A DNA stretch of 64,000 bases from an uncultured Bacteroidota bacterium (GTDB lineage Bacteria > Bacteroidota > Bacteroidia > Bacteroidales > GCA-2748055), in assembly GCA_937129385.1 (NCBI GenBank), contig CAKZNC010000100.1, positions 12,349-76,348 on the forward strand, in the 5' to 3' direction. Below the pieces are notes generated by a model that made no database searches, was not told where the DNA came from, and saw only the letters and a program-made list of their open reading frames with translations. Each line of letters starts with the position of its first letter. The stretch's first letter is position 1. Of the stretch, positions 18,366-29,187 are shown one piece after another. The position numbers and the translations under genes were made by a program.

Positions 18366-20462
18366 ATGAATGCGATTATGAACAGGAGAAGATCACTATT
18401 GTTCTTTATCATCTTAAGCGCAGGTACTGTACTCTTTGCCCAGGAACAGGTTGATATCAGGAAGAAAGAATTCAGACAGACAGATCAAACCGAAGGGTTC
18501 AAAGAAGCATGGAAAAGTGTCAAAGAGGGTGATAAATATTTTGAACAGGGCATAGGCACCTATAAAATAGCCAGGGACCATTACCTGTTTGCAAACCAGT
18601 TCAATGGTTTTAACCCGGAACTGAACTATAAAATCGGGATATGTTATCTGCATACCGATGATAAATTTGAAGCCATTGATTACCTCCTGAAAGCATATGA
18701 GCTGGACCCTGATGTGGCGGCAGATATCAAGTACCAGATCGGCAGGGCTTACCACCTCGTTGAGGAATTTGACAAAGCACGGCAGTTTTACCTGGAATAC
18801 CGCGATGAAATTCCGGAAGAGGAACGATCCGCTGAACTAAGCGACCGGATCGACAAACTGATCATAGAATGTAGAAATGGGGATGAATTGACAAGGGAGC
18901 CACGGCGCGTGATCATTCAAAACCTTGGTGAAGATGTGAATTCAATCTATGACGATTATAACCCGGTTTATGCATACAACGATACTGCATTGTATTTTAC
19001 TTCACGACGTCCTTCCGGAAAAAAACCCAAACGCAATGAGCTGGACAACAAATACTTTGAGAATATCTTCCTGAGTCCGGTTACCGAAGAGGGATTTGAT
19101 GCTGCATATCCATTGGGAAAGCCATTTAGGGAAAAAGGGAATATCTCTCTTGTTGAGGTGGCAGCAGACGGTGGCCGTGTATTCGTATATGTGGGCGGAG
19201 AAAATGGAGGTGATATAGAGGAAGCACCATTTTTGCAGGAAAAGGACAAGTGGAAAAAGCCGAAATCAGTCTCCAAAAGAATCAATACCGATTATGCCGA
19301 AACAACAGCCTCCCTTGCACCCGGTGGCAAGGTGATCTACTTCGTTTCCGCAGATCCGGAATTGTCGAACGGTGGCAAGGATATCTTTGTATCCCGACTG
19401 GACGCCAAAGGGAAATGGGGTTTGCCGGTCAATATAGGCGGACTCATCAATTCAAGATATGATGAGGAGGGCGTGTTCCTGACGGCAGACGGTCAAACCA
19501 TGTACTTTGCATCGCGCGGCCACAATACCATGGGTGGTTTTGATGTTTTCAAAAGCGAGAAGGATGAAAATGACAGGTGGGGACCACCCGAAAATCTTGG
19601 CTACCCTATAAATACACCGGAAGATGAGGTTTTTTACATTACAGATTCTACCGGGGTGTATGGATATTTTTCAACAATCAGGGAAGGCGGTATCGGTGGA
19701 CGCGATATTTATAAAGTCATCTCACTGGGATCAGAAAAAGAGGTAACCACCATGACAAGGGATGAACTGGTTGCAGGACTCCGATACCTTGATATCGATC
19801 CGTTTCTGACACTACCGGATCCTGTTACTGTCGATACTACATTGATCCTGAGCGGACAGGTGAGGGACACTGTTGGAGATGCAGATACAACAGTTATGGC
19901 CGGACTAAGTTTTATGAATCCTGAAACAGGAGAAGTTGTTGCGCGAGCAATGACCGGTACAGACGGGTTTTACAGGGCCCGGATTCCCGAGCCCAGGATG
20001 TATGGTGTGGAGATCAATGCAACCGGGTACCTTTATTACCTCGACATACTTGACTTGTCTGGACTGAATCCGGATGAGCCGGCAGAACGTGATTTCTACC
20101 TGCAAAAAATTGAGGTAGGTACCAAGGTTGTACTGGATAATATCTACTTTGAAACCGGGAAATCAGTACTCACGGTTGCATCCTATGAGTCGCTTGACCA
20201 GGTCGCAAGATTCCTGGAAAATAATGAATCGGTGCGCCTCGAAATATCAGGTCATACCGATAATACGGGATCACTTCGTGTCAATACCAGACTCTCCGAA
20301 GCCAGGGCAAAAGCCGTGGTGGACTACCTGGAGGGAAGAGGGATTGATGCAGGCAGACTGGAGTACAAGGGGTATGCCGATACACAGCCTGTTGCTTCCA
20401 ATGATACACCGGAAGGAAGGGAGATGAACAGGCGTGTGGAGTTCAAGGTGCTGAGTAAATAG
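18366..20462 (+). CDS. OmpA-family protein with TPR, TolB-like beta-propeller repeats and C-terminal OmpA domain
   Basis: 698-aa ORF with a signal peptide, repeated propeller-like motifs (YFTSRR, YFVSADP...GGKDIFVS, MYFASRGHNTMGGFDVFKS), and a C-terminal OmpA domain (NIYFETGKSVL...ISGHTDNTGS...NRRVEFKV). Confidence 0.85.
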   Translation: MNAIMNRRRSLLFFIILSAGTVLFAQEQVDIRKKEFRQTDQTEGFKEAWKSVKEGDKYFEQGIGTYKIARDHYLFANQFNGFNPELNYKIGICYLHTDDKFEAIDYLLKAYELDPDVAADIKYQIGRAYHLVEEFDKARQFYLEYRDEIPEEERSAELSDRIDKLIIECRNGDELTREPRRVIIQNLGEDVNSIYDDYNPVYAYNDTALYFTSRRPSGKKPKRNELDNKYFENIFLSPVTEEGFDAAYPLGKPFREKGNISLVEVAADGGRVFVYVGGENGGDIEEAPFLQEKDKWKKPKSVSKRINTDYAETTASLAPGGKVIYFVSADPELSNGGKDIFVSRLDAKGKWGLPVNIGGLINSRYDEEGVFLTADGQTMYFASRGHNTMGGFDVFKSEKDENDRWGPPENLGYPINTPEDEVFYITDSTGVYGYFSTIREGGIGGRDIYKVISLGSEKEVTTMTRDELVAGLRYLDIDPFLTLPDPVTVDTTLILSGQVRDTVGDADTTVMAGLSFMNPETGEVVARAMTGTDGFYRARIPEPRMYGVEINATGYLYYLDILDLSGLNPDEPAERDFYLQKIEVGTKVVLDNIYFETGKSVLTVASYESLDQVARFLENNESVRLEISGHTDNTGSLRVNTRLSEARAKAVVDYLEGRGIDAGRLEYKGYADTQPVASNDTPEGREMNRRVEFKVLSK

Positions 20463-20514
20463 TATCACCTGTTGATCCCTGCTTTTAAACAACTGGATTC
20501 AATTCAGAAAATGC

Positions 20515-20522
20515 TACTTTTG
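20515..20522 (+). promoter_or_regulatory. Candidate -7 promoter box (TACTTTTG) for gcvT
   Basis: Matches TAnnTTTG 40 nt upstream of the ATG at 20562. Confidence 0.3.
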
Positions 20523-20561
20523 CATCATTGAATGCAATTGAACATTTCCTTAATCGAATCA

Positions 20562-21650
20562 ATGAAGAAAACAGTATTTTATGATGCCCATCTGAAGATG
20601 GGGGGGCGAATGGTCCCTTTTGCCGGTTATGAAATGCCTGTCGAGTTTTCAGGCGTCCGGGATGAACATATTCACGTAAGAAAGAAGGTCGGTATCTTCG
20701 ATGTCTCCCACATGGGGGAGATATGGGTTCAGGGCCCGAATGCAAAGGATTTTGTGCAATACGTGACCACCAATGATGTGAGCAGACTCAATCCCGGAAT
20801 GGTGCAATACTCATGCTTCCCCAATGGGAGAGGAGGAATCGTGGATGACCTGTTGGTGTATATGATGGAGGCGGAACGGTACCTGCTCGTTGTGAATGCT
20901 TCAAATATAGAGAAGGATTGGACCTGGCTTGCTACAAACAGGATGGACGGAGCTGATATAAATAATGCTTCCGATGTGACAAGCCAGCTGGCGATTCAGG
21001 GGCCCTCCTCGCAAAAGGTCCTTCAAAAAGTTACCTCTTCTGATCTGGATCAGCTCCACGGGTTCCATTTTATCCAGGGAAACATTGCCGGTTTTGAAAA
21101 TGTGATCATCAGCAATACCGGGTACACAGGCGCAGGCGGATATGAAATATATTTCAGGAATGAGGATGGCCCCGGAATACTCAGCGAGATCATGGCGGCA
21201 GGAAAAGAAGAAGACATTCAGCCCATCGGGCTGGCAGCTCGTGATACACTCAGGCTGGAAATGGGTTACTGCCTTTACGGGAACGATATAGATGATACTA
21301 CCTCCCCGATTGAAGCCGGACTGGGCTGGATTACTAAATTTAATGATGGAAACGATTTTGTCGATCGCCCACTGCTTGAAAAACAGAAAGCTGAAGGCGT
21401 TTTAAAAAAATTGTCCGGATTTGAACTGAAAGAGAGAGGAATTCCCAGGCATGGCTATCCACTCGTGGATGAGAAGGGTGATCAAATCGGTGAAGTGACT
21501 TCAGGGACCATGTCACCCATGACCTCAAAGGGTATTGGAATGGGCTATCTCAATGTGCCCTTTAATCGTCCGGGTACTGAGATATTTGTCGCTATAAGAA
21601 ATAAACAGATTCCCGCAACAGTAGTAAAACCGCCATTTTTTAATCAGTAG
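20562..21650 (+). CDS. gcvT: Glycine cleavage system aminomethyltransferase T
   Basis: [31 protein letters not shown]...[10 protein letters not shown] is the canonical GcvT N-terminus. I prefer the ATG at 20562 over the ORF-track start at 20532. Confidence 0.93.
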   Translation: MKKTVFYDAHLKMGGRMVPFAGYEMPVEFSGVRDEHIHVRKKVGIFDVSHMGEIWVQGPNAKDFVQYVTTNDVSRLNPGMVQYSCFPNGRGGIVDDLLVYMMEAERYLLVVNASNIEKDWTWLATNRMDGADINNASDVTSQLAIQGPSSQKVLQKVTSSDLDQLHGFHFIQGNIAGFENVIISNTGYTGAGGYEIYFRNEDGPGILSEIMAAGKEEDIQPIGLAARDTLRLEMGYCLYGNDIDDTTSPIEAGLGWITKFNDGNDFVDRPLLEKQKAEGVLKKLSGFELKERGIPRHGYPLVDEKGDQIGEVTSGTMSPMTSKGIGMGYLNVPFNRPGTEIFVAIRNKQIPATVVKPPFFNQ

Positions 21651-21653
21651 CAT

Positions 21654-22385
21654 ATGGGTAAGAATAGAGAGGTAGAGGTTTGCTTCAGTCCGGCGATCTA
21701 CGCATCCTATGAAAACAAGGATGCGATCGTGGTAGTGACAGATATCCTGCGTGCAAGCTCGGCGATCGTTACCGCCTTCATGAACGGAGTTGAACGGCTC
21801 ATACCTGTGGGTACACTTGAAGAGGCAAAAGCCTACAAGCAAAAAGGATACATGGTTGCCGCTGAGAGAGACGGGATCGTACGTGATTTTGCTGATTTTG
21901 GCAACTCACCCTATAATTTCAGTAAAGAGAGGGTCCATGGAAATGAGATCGTCTACTCAACGACCAATGGAACACATGCAATTCACCTGGCGTCAAGTGG
22001 CCATGAGGTTTTAATCGGTGCCTACCTGAACCTGACAGCACTGGCCGAATATGTCGTTGTAAGTGACCGTGACCTTCTGATCCTCTGTGCAGGATGGAAA
22101 AATAAGTTTAATCTCGAGGACAGCCTGTTTGCAGGAGCACTTGCACAACTCGTCCTCCGGAACCATGGATTCACGACAATCTGTGACTCAACAAAAGGAG
22201 CAATGGACCTGTACAATGTCGCAAAGCAAGACATGATGACCTATATCGATAATGTCGCCCAACGCCACAGGTTGAAAAAGAATGGTTTGGATGATGTCAT
22301 CGAATATTGCCATGAGATCGACCGTACAAAGCTGATCCCTGTTTTCAGGGATGGCGCCATCACACTTATTAATGATTCGTTATAA
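21654..22385 (+). CDS. 2-phosphosulfolactate phosphatase (ComB) family protein
   Basis: 243-aa ORF with the ComB-family pattern VVVTDILRASSAIVTAFMNG...ERDG...GNSP. Confidence 0.78.
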   Translation: MGKNREVEVCFSPAIYASYENKDAIVVVTDILRASSAIVTAFMNGVERLIPVGTLEEAKAYKQKGYMVAAERDGIVRDFADFGNSPYNFSKERVHGNEIVYSTTNGTHAIHLASSGHEVLIGAYLNLTALAEYVVVSDRDLLILCAGWKNKFNLEDSLFAGALAQLVLRNHGFTTICDSTKGAMDLYNVAKQDMMTYIDNVAQRHRLKKNGLDDVIEYCHEIDRTKLIPVFRDGAITLINDSL

Positions 22386-22498
22386 ATTGAGTTGTTAACT
22401 ATTAGTTTATAACTAGAATCAATTGTATTTGTGTTAATTTATTGAATAACTATCTTTACTGTTATTAAAATAACGATAATACATTTAAATTTAACCAG

Positions 22499-23569
22499 AT
22501 GAAGAAGCACAATTTTTACGCAGGTCCGTCCATCCTGTCTGAATACACGATCAAGCAAACTGCAGAGGCAATTCTTGACTTTGAGGGAATGGGTCTTTCG
22601 GTCATGGAGATATCACACAGGAGCAAGGAGTTTGTTGCAGTAATGGAGAAGGCAAAGCAACTTTTCAGGGAATTGCTGAATATTCCGGATGGTTATTCAG
22701 TTCTTTTCCTCCAGGGAGGAGCCAGCATGCAGTTTTGCATGGTTCCGTACAACCTGCTATCCAAAAAGGCTGCCTACCTGGATACCGGATCCTGGGCATC
22801 CAAAGCAATCAAGGAGGCCGGACTGTTCGGGGAGGTGGATGTTGTAGCTTCATCAAAAGAGGATACTTACTCCTATATTCCAAAGAATTACAAAGTTCCA
22901 GCCGATGCTGATTATTTCCATATCACAACCAACAACACAATATATGGTACCGAGATCAGGGAGGACATTGAACCCGGTGTTCCATTGGTGGCAGATATGT
23001 CTTCTGATATTTTCAGCAGACCCATGGATGTATCAAAATATGCGCTGATCTATGGCGGCGCACAGAAGAATCTCGCTCCGTCCGGGGTAACTTTCGTCAT
23101 TGTGCGTGATGATATCCTCGGAAAGATGGACAGGAAAATTCCAACCATGCTGAATTACCAGACGCATATTGATAAGGAATCGATGTTCAACACTCCACCT
23201 GTAGTGCCGGTACTGGCAGCATTGAAGACCCTTGAATGGTATAAGGATCAGGGCGGCGTCGAAGCCATGCACAAGATCAACCTTGAGAAAGCCGGACTGC
23301 TGTATGGTGAGATCGACAGGAATAAACTTTTCAGACCAAATGTCGGGGACGAGTCGGATCGTTCCATCATGAATGTTACCTTTGTGATGGATGAGAATTA
23401 CATGGATCTTGAAGCCGATTTCCTTGCATTTGCCACCGAACAGGGAATGGTCGGACTGAAAGGTCATCGCTCAGTCGGAGGATTCAGGGCTTCGATCTAC
23501 AATGCCATGCCGCTCACGGGAGTTCAGGCACTGGTGGACACGATGAAAGCATTTGAACAAAAAAATTAA
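22499..23569 (+). CDS. serC: 3-phosphoserine/phosphohydroxythreonine aminotransferase
   Basis: 356-aa ORF with [17 protein letters not shown]..., [10 protein letters not shown] and the PLP-Lys region [12 protein letters not shown]. Confidence 0.93.
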   Translation: MKKHNFYAGPSILSEYTIKQTAEAILDFEGMGLSVMEISHRSKEFVAVMEKAKQLFRELLNIPDGYSVLFLQGGASMQFCMVPYNLLSKKAAYLDTGSWASKAIKEAGLFGEVDVVASSKEDTYSYIPKNYKVPADADYFHITTNNTIYGTEIREDIEPGVPLVADMSSDIFSRPMDVSKYALIYGGAQKNLAPSGVTFVIVRDDILGKMDRKIPTMLNYQTHIDKESMFNTPPVVPVLAALKTLEWYKDQGGVEAMHKINLEKAGLLYGEIDRNKLFRPNVGDESDRSIMNVTFVMDENYMDLEADFLAFATEQGMVGLKGHRSVGGFRASIYNAMPLTGVQALVDTMKAFEQKN

Positions 23570-23577
23570 TTAGCACC

Positions 23578-24498
23578 ATGACAAAAGTATTGATAGCCAC
23601 AGAAAAACCCTTTTCCAATCAGGCTGTATCGGAAGTGAAACAGGTATTTAATGCCGCAGGATATGCACTTGAAATGCTGGAAAAGTATGAAGATAAAGCG
23701 GCCCTGATTGACGCAGTAAAAGGAGTCGATGCCTTGATAATAAGAAGCGACAAGATTGATGCAGATGTTATTGATGCTGCGGATGAGCTTAAGATCGTCG
23801 TGCGGGCCGGTGCCGGATATGACAATGTCGACCTTTCAGCGGCTACAGCCAAGGAAGTTACGGTCATGAATACTCCCGGACAAAACTCCAATGCAGTCGC
23901 GGAACTTGCGTTCGGTATGCTGGTGTACCTGAACAGAAATGGATTCAATGGCACTGCCGGAACCGAACTCAGAGGTAAAAAGCTTGGGATTCACGCCTAT
24001 GGATATGTGGGTCGTATCGTGGCTAGCATTGCAAGGGGCTTTGGCATGGAGGTGTTTGCATTTGATCCGTTTGTAGACGATGTCCTGATTAAAAATGACG
24101 GTGTCACATGCCTGGGTTCTGCAGAAGAGCTCTATGAAACCTGTCAGTTCATCTCACTTCACATTCCTGCAAATGACCAGACCCGTGGATCTATCAATGA
24201 GAAAATGCTGATGTCCATGCCGGATGGAGCCACACTCGTCAATACAGCCAGAAAAGAGGTCATCGATGAAGAGGGACTCCTCAAAGTGATGGAGAATCGA
24301 AATGATTTTCGCTATCTTTCTGATATCGCCCCTGATTGCAAGGACGATTTTATAGACAAATATGAGGGAAGGTATTTTTTCACTCCCAAAAAGATGGGGG
24401 CACAGACCGCAGAAGCTAATCTGAATGCAGGTGTGGCAGCAGCAAAACAAATTGTTGGATTTATCGAAGAAGGTGATACCACTTTTAAGGTAAACTAG
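23578..24498 (+). CDS. serA: D-3-phosphoglycerate dehydrogenase (short form, 2-hydroxyacid dehydrogenase family)
   Basis: 306-aa ORF with the NAD-binding GIHAYGYVGRIVA and the D-isomer-specific dehydrogenase core. Sits immediately after serC. Confidence 0.86.
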   Translation: MTKVLIATEKPFSNQAVSEVKQVFNAAGYALEMLEKYEDKAALIDAVKGVDALIIRSDKIDADVIDAADELKIVVRAGAGYDNVDLSAATAKEVTVMNTPGQNSNAVAELAFGMLVYLNRNGFNGTAGTELRGKKLGIHAYGYVGRIVASIARGFGMEVFAFDPFVDDVLIKNDGVTCLGSAEELYETCQFISLHIPANDQTRGSINEKMLMSMPDGATLVNTARKEVIDEEGLLKVMENRNDFRYLSDIAPDCKDDFIDKYEGRYFFTPKKMGAQTAEANLNAGVAAAKQIVGFIEEGDTTFKVN

Positions 24499-24522
24499 AT
24501 TCTGAATAATAGATTTCCCGTT

Positions 24523-25773
24523 ATGGCAGTAATGAAACCGTTCAAGGGGTACCGCCCCCCTGTGGAATATGTAAAGGAGGTTGCATCGAGACCTTACGAT
24601 GTATTGAATTCTGATGAGGCAAGAACAGAAGTGGAGGGAAACCCGCATTCCTTTCTGCATGTAGTCAAACCTGAGGTAGACCTGGACCAGGGAGTGGATC
24701 TTCATTCACCCCAGGTGTATGCGAAAGCCAGGGTAAACCTTGAAAAACTGATCGAACAGGGGTTCTTTGTGCAGGAGGAGAAAGATGTATTCTACGTCTA
24801 TGCGCAAACCATGTTCGGTAAGACGCAATATGGGGTCGTGGGTTGTTCATCTGTAGATGATTACATGAATGAAGTGATCAAAAAACATGAACTTACACGC
24901 CCGGATAAGGAAGAGGACAGGATGAACCATATCAGGGTGACAAACTTCAACGCTGAACCGGTGTTTTTTGCCTATCCCGATCATGACGGAATTGACAGGA
25001 TCGTTCAGAAGGTGATCACTGAAACACCTGTGTATGATTTTGTTACTGATGATGAGGTGGGTCACCATTTCTGGATCATAGATGAGAAAAAGGATATTGC
25101 GGACATCACCAGGTACTTTGAACAGGACATTCCTAATACCTATGTAGCAGACGGGCATCACAGGACGGCAGCTGCAGCCCTGGTGGGGAATGAGAAAAAG
25201 AAAGACAACCCTGGTCACAAGGGGAACGAAGAGTACAATTATTTTCTTTCAGTGAATTTCCCCGCCTCGCAACTGTCAATCATCGATTACAATCGTGTCG
25301 TTACGGATCTGAACGACCTTACTCCAAAACAATTCCTGGGAGAACTTGACAAAGGATTTGAAGTAAAACAGATCGGCAAAGAAATATTCAAACCGGGTGA
25401 ACCCCACACATTCAGCATGTACCTTGAAGGCAATTGGTTCTCACTCAAAGCAAAACCCTCTACATATAATGACGATGATCCCATCGGGTGCCTGGATGTG
25501 ACCGTTTTATCAGAGCAGGTGCTTGGTCCGGTTCTCAACATTACCGACCTTCGAAAATCCAACAGGATTGATTTTATTGGCGGTATCAGGGGACTCGAAG
25601 AGCTGAAGCGACTGGTTGACCAGGGACAGATGGAAGTTGCTTTTGCCCTTTACCCGGTTTCAATGAAGCAGCTGATGGATATTGCCGATAATGACCTGAT
25701 CATGCCCCCGAAAACGACCTGGTTTGAGCCAAAACTGCGAAGCGGACTGGTTATTCATTCACTGGATTCATGA
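24523..25773 (+). CDS. DUF1015 family protein
   Basis: 416-aa ORF. The N-terminus KPFKGYRP...VASRPYDVL...NPHSFLHV and the ADGHHR motif are typical of DUF1015. Function unknown. Confidence 0.82.
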   Translation: MAVMKPFKGYRPPVEYVKEVASRPYDVLNSDEARTEVEGNPHSFLHVVKPEVDLDQGVDLHSPQVYAKARVNLEKLIEQGFFVQEEKDVFYVYAQTMFGKTQYGVVGCSSVDDYMNEVIKKHELTRPDKEEDRMNHIRVTNFNAEPVFFAYPDHDGIDRIVQKVITETPVYDFVTDDEVGHHFWIIDEKKDIADITRYFEQDIPNTYVADGHHRTAAAALVGNEKKKDNPGHKGNEEYNYFLSVNFPASQLSIIDYNRVVTDLNDLTPKQFLGELDKGFEVKQIGKEIFKPGEPHTFSMYLEGNWFSLKAKPSTYNDDDPIGCLDVTVLSEQVLGPVLNITDLRKSNRIDFIGGIRGLEELKRLVDQGQMEVAFALYPVSMKQLMDIADNDLIMPPKTTWFEPKLRSGLVIHSLDS

Positions 25774-26444
25774 TGGATGTTGTTCAAAACCTGAGAGATA
25801 TAAAGGAGACACTACCTGGAGAAGTCTCCCTGGTAGCTGTTTCCAAGACCAAACCAGCCAGTATGGTGATGGACCTGTTCAATGCAGGTCATCTCGATTT
25901 TGGTGAGAACAAGGTACAGGATCTGCTTGAAAAACAAGAGCAATTGCCTGGGAAGATCAGGTGGCATATGATCGGACATCTGCAGTCGAATAAAGTGAAA
26001 TATATTGCCCCCTTTGTTCACCTCGTGCACGGAGTGGACAGCCTGAAATTACTGAAAGTTATCAACAAGGAGGGACGCAAGAATGATCGGATCATCCAGT
26101 GTCTCCTGCAGATACATATCGCAAGTGAAGCCTCAAAGTTTGGAATTTCACCTGAGGATATTGACCAGACCCTGCAATCAGATCTCTTTAAAGAACTATC
26201 CTTCGTCAAAATTCGGGGACTCATGGGGATGGCAACTTTTACGGATGATTCTGCCGTTGTCAGGGAGGAGTTTAAAAATCTAAAACGTATATTTGAACAG
26301 GTGAAAAAAGACCATTTCACTGGTGCTCCCGATTTTGATATCCTTTCAATGGGTATGTCGGATGATTACAAGATTGCCATCGAGGAGGGCAGCAATATGG
26401 TCAGGGTGGGCAGTTTGATATTTGGCCCGCGACATTATTCATAA
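25770..26444 (+). CDS. yggS: YggS-family pyridoxal-phosphate homeostasis protein
   Basis: 224-aa ORF with the PLP-Lys context LVAVSKTKP, plus HMIGHLQSNKVK and SMGMSDDY. Has an ATGA start/stop overlap with DUF1015. Confidence 0.9.
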   Translation: MMDVVQNLRDIKETLPGEVSLVAVSKTKPASMVMDLFNAGHLDFGENKVQDLLEKQEQLPGKIRWHMIGHLQSNKVKYIAPFVHLVHGVDSLKLLKVINKEGRKNDRIIQCLLQIHIASEASKFGISPEDIDQTLQSDLFKELSFVKIRGLMGMATFTDDSAVVREEFKNLKRIFEQVKKDHFTGAPDFDILSMGMSDDYKIAIEEGSNMVRVGSLIFGPRHYS

Positions 26445-26458
26445 ATAACTGGAAAACT

Positions 26459-27436
26459 ATGGTTGATCTATCAGTCAGGTATGCAGGATTAGAACTGAAA
26501 AGTCCGGTGATCGTTTCCAGCAGCGGTCTGACCGGTTCAGTGGCAAGAATTGAAAAAATCGCCGAGGCAGGCGCTGGCGCGGTGGTGCTGAAGTCGCTTT
26601 TCGAGGAACAGATTCGTTTTGAGATCGGGAAAATGGAAACGGGGGATGGATACCCTGAAGCTGCAGACTACCTGGCCACTTATGCGAAAGAAAACTCTGT
26701 GAATACATACCTTGAGTTGATCAGTGCCGCAAAAAAGGCAGTGGACATACCTGTGATTGCAAGTGTCAACTGTTTTTCCAGCAATGATTGGGTTGAGTTT
26801 ACCGCGCAGATGCAGGAAGCCGGAGCAGATGCGATCGAACTGAATATCTACTACCTTGCCAATGACCGGAAAAAGGATCCGAGGGAATATGAGATGACCT
26901 ATCTCAATATATTGGAGGCGGTGACAAAAAATGTCTCCATCCCCGTAACGGTTAAATTGGGTATGCATTTTACTAATCTGACATGGATGGCAGAGGAGCT
27001 TTTTGTCAGAAAGGCATCCGGAATCGTGCTGTTCAACCGGTTTTATGCTCCAGATATCAATACCGATGATCTTACAATGTCCTCAGCCGAAGTGCTTAGT
27101 TCACCGGCTGATATAAGGAATTCACTCAGGTGGGTGGGCATTATCTCTTCTGAAGTTGAAAAGCTTGATATTGCAGCCTCTACCGGTGTGCACAGCGGTC
27201 TGGGTGTGGTCAAACAACTTCTCGCCGGCGCTGAAGCAGTCCAGGTATGTTCTGTGCTTTACAGGAATGGGGTGGATTACCTCCGGGACATTGTCGGGGA
27301 GGTCAAAACCTGGATGGAAAAGAAACAGTTCCGCGATATAGAAGAATTCAAGGGCAGAATGAGCTATAAAAATCTTGCCGACCCTGCAGCTTATGAGAGA
27401 GCACAGTTCATTAAGTATTTTTCAAAAATGCACTAG
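26459..27436 (+). CDS. Dihydroorotate dehydrogenase-like TIM-barrel flavoprotein
   Basis: 325-aa ORF with a PyrD-like N-terminus (LELKSPVIVSSSGLTGS) and a class-1 DHOD-like barrel pattern. The true substrate is unknown. Confidence 0.78.
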   Translation: MVDLSVRYAGLELKSPVIVSSSGLTGSVARIEKIAEAGAGAVVLKSLFEEQIRFEIGKMETGDGYPEAADYLATYAKENSVNTYLELISAAKKAVDIPVIASVNCFSSNDWVEFTAQMQEAGADAIELNIYYLANDRKKDPREYEMTYLNILEAVTKNVSIPVTVKLGMHFTNLTWMAEELFVRKASGIVLFNRFYAPDINTDDLTMSSAEVLSSPADIRNSLRWVGIISSEVEKLDIAASTGVHSGLGVVKQLLAGAEAVQVCSVLYRNGVDYLRDIVGEVKTWMEKKQFRDIEEFKGRMSYKNLADPAAYERAQFIKYFSKMH

Positions 27437-27439
27437 GAA

Positions 27440-27979
27440 TCAGTAATTCCTGATAACTCCAATAAGCTCGCGGATCAACTTTTTCTTGTTGTCACTTACC
27501 TGGGACAATCCTTCATTCAGCAGCGATGAGAGCTGGACGATCTCATCATCATCCAGGTCTCCAAGACTGTTTTCAATAACAGTGAAGGCCTCGATGGCAG
27601 CCGCATAATCATCTTTGATTACGATCCTTGCAAAAAGCTGGTAATGCGCACTGTAGTCAAGCCCGCTTTGCCAGCAAGAAGATGCCAGGATTTGTCTGAC
27701 AGGACGGTACCTGGAATTTTTCAGGGCTGAGATTACATGGGATGATCCCTCTGCTGATTTAAGATCATTCAATAGCCCGGTACAGGCTTCCATCACTTCG
27801 TCATCCTCTGTATCAAGCAGCAATTCAAAGATCTCCGGGAGGATCGTGGTTTTGCCTGTATTCCTGATCTCTTCAATCGTGTCAAGAATTGCGTTGCTGT
27901 TACCCGACCTGAGAATACCGATCTGTTTCATTTCAGCTTCCCTGGCTTTCTGTTCAGTTTCGTTTTTATTACTGTTCAT
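27440..27979 (-). CDS. Hypothetical cytoplasmic helical-repeat (HEAT-like) protein
   Basis: 179-aa ORF with no signal peptide and helical-repeat character. It is the last gene of a tightly spaced minus-strand operon, 2 nt after the TPR gene. Confidence 0.55.
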   Translation of the reverse strand: MNSNKNETEQKAREAEMKQIGILRSGNSNAILDTIEEIRNTGKTTILPEIFELLLDTEDDEVMEACTGLLNDLKSAEGSSHVISALKNSRYRPVRQILASSCWQSGLDYSAHYQLFARIVIKDDYAAAIEAFTVIENSLGDLDDDEIVQLSSLLNEGLSQVSDNKKKLIRELIGVIRNY

Positions 27980-27981
27980 GA

Positions 27982-29187
27982 TTAATTATTACATAGCCTG
28001 TCAATGAAATCCTTTGCTTCATATTTACCATACCTGAAAGCTTTCTTAAAATCAAAGCAGGCAGTTTGTTCATTTCCAAGTTCAAGGTCGGCTATTCCCT
28101 TTTCAAACCAGGTTTCCGGATTGAGTGGATCAAGGTCCAGGGCCATTGAAAAATCTTTCTCCGCATATCGATAGGTTCCGGTGGCCGCATATGTCCTGCC
28201 CCGGTTATAGAAATAATCTGCATTTCCACTCTCTTCTTCTAGTGCCTTATTGAACGATTTCAAGGCATCCAGGAACTGTCCGTTTTCAAAGTGGATCTCG
28301 CCCTGTGTATTGAAGGCGTTGTGCGATCCGGGAAACAACTCAAGGTAGGTCCCCACCCGTTTCAGGGCCTGGTCATACTTCCCGGTCTTTGAAAGCAATT
28401 TGCCGGAGGTGAGGTAATATTCAAATTCAACGGGATCCTGCCGCAATAATTGATCACAGTCGGCTGCTGCTTTCTCGAAATTTTCAGCCAGTGTGTTTAG
28501 TTCAATTCTGATCTTCAGGGCCTCGGTGTTCCGTCCGTTTGCAGCAATTGAACGGTTGATGGCATCCATAGCCGCCTTCTCATTTCCCGATACAAGATAC
28601 AATTCGGCAAGGTACTGGTTGACGATGGTCTTTTTGAACCCGGTACCATCCAGTTCATTGAGCCGGTTGATTGCCTCCAGGTTTTCCCTGTTTGACATCA
28701 GGTATTCTATTTCCTGCAGCTCCCTGTCATATGCTGAATACCACTCCTTTTCCCGCCAGAGATTTTTCCAGGAATCTGTTTTTTCCAGTAACTGGAGATC
28801 TTCATCCAGCAGCAAGTCACTTTCTGACTGCTTGTAATAGGATGTCAGATGCTGACGGAGGTATTTGACGGCAAGTTCAGGATGATTCAGCCTGGCTTCC
28901 GTCTTTGCAAGCATTAGGCTCGCCTTGCCTGAACTTCGTTTATTGACAAAAAGAAAGTCGCCCAGTGCCTTGTCGTATCGTTTCAATTTAAAATTACATA
29001 TACCGCGGTTGTAATAAAGATCTGTATTTCCTGGCTGATTCACGATGGCCATGGATAGGATCTGTGCCGCAGAATCGTATTTGCCAACAGACATGAGGGA
29101 CCCTGACCTCAACAGCGGGTCATTCTGGCCACCTGCATTGGCAGTAAATAGTACGATCATCAATATGAAAAGATACCTCTTCTTCAT
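27982..29187 (-). CDS. Tetratricopeptide-repeat protein, secreted
   Basis: 401-aa ORF with a signal peptide and multiple TPR units (YYNRGICNFKLKRYDKALGDF, FYNRGRTYAATGTYRYAEKDFSMALDLDP). Confidence 0.8.
   Translation of the reverse strand: MKKRYLFILMIVLFTANAGGQNDPLLRSGSLMSVGKYDSAAQILSMAIVNQPGNTDLYYNRGICNFKLKRYDKALGDFLFVNKRSSGKASLMLAKTEARLNHPELAVKYLRQHLTSYYKQSESDLLLDEDLQLLEKTDSWKNLWREKEWYSAYDRELQEIEYLMSNRENLEAINRLNELDGTGFKKTIVNQYLAELYLVSGNEKAAMDAINRSIAANGRNTEALKIRIELNTLAENFEKAAADCDQLLRQDPVEFEYYLTSGKLLSKTGKYDQALKRVGTYLELFPGSHNAFNTQGEIHFENGQFLDALKSFNKALEEESGNADYFYNRGRTYAATGTYRYAEKDFSMALDLDPLNPETWFEKGIADLELGNEQTACFDFKKAFRYGKYEAKDFIDRLCNN

Noticed and set aside
20463-20561. Possible glycine riboswitch upstream of gcvT.
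   Set aside because: The gap is only about 100 nt and AT-rich. It lacks the conserved GGAGAG...CACCG-type cores of a glycine aptamer, and I see no convincing structure.
27434-27450. Small inverted repeat GGAAT-CAGTA-ATTCC spanning the stops of the convergent DHOD-like and HEAT-like genes.
   Set aside because: The stem is only 5 bp and there is no T-run on either strand. This is too weak to call a terminator.
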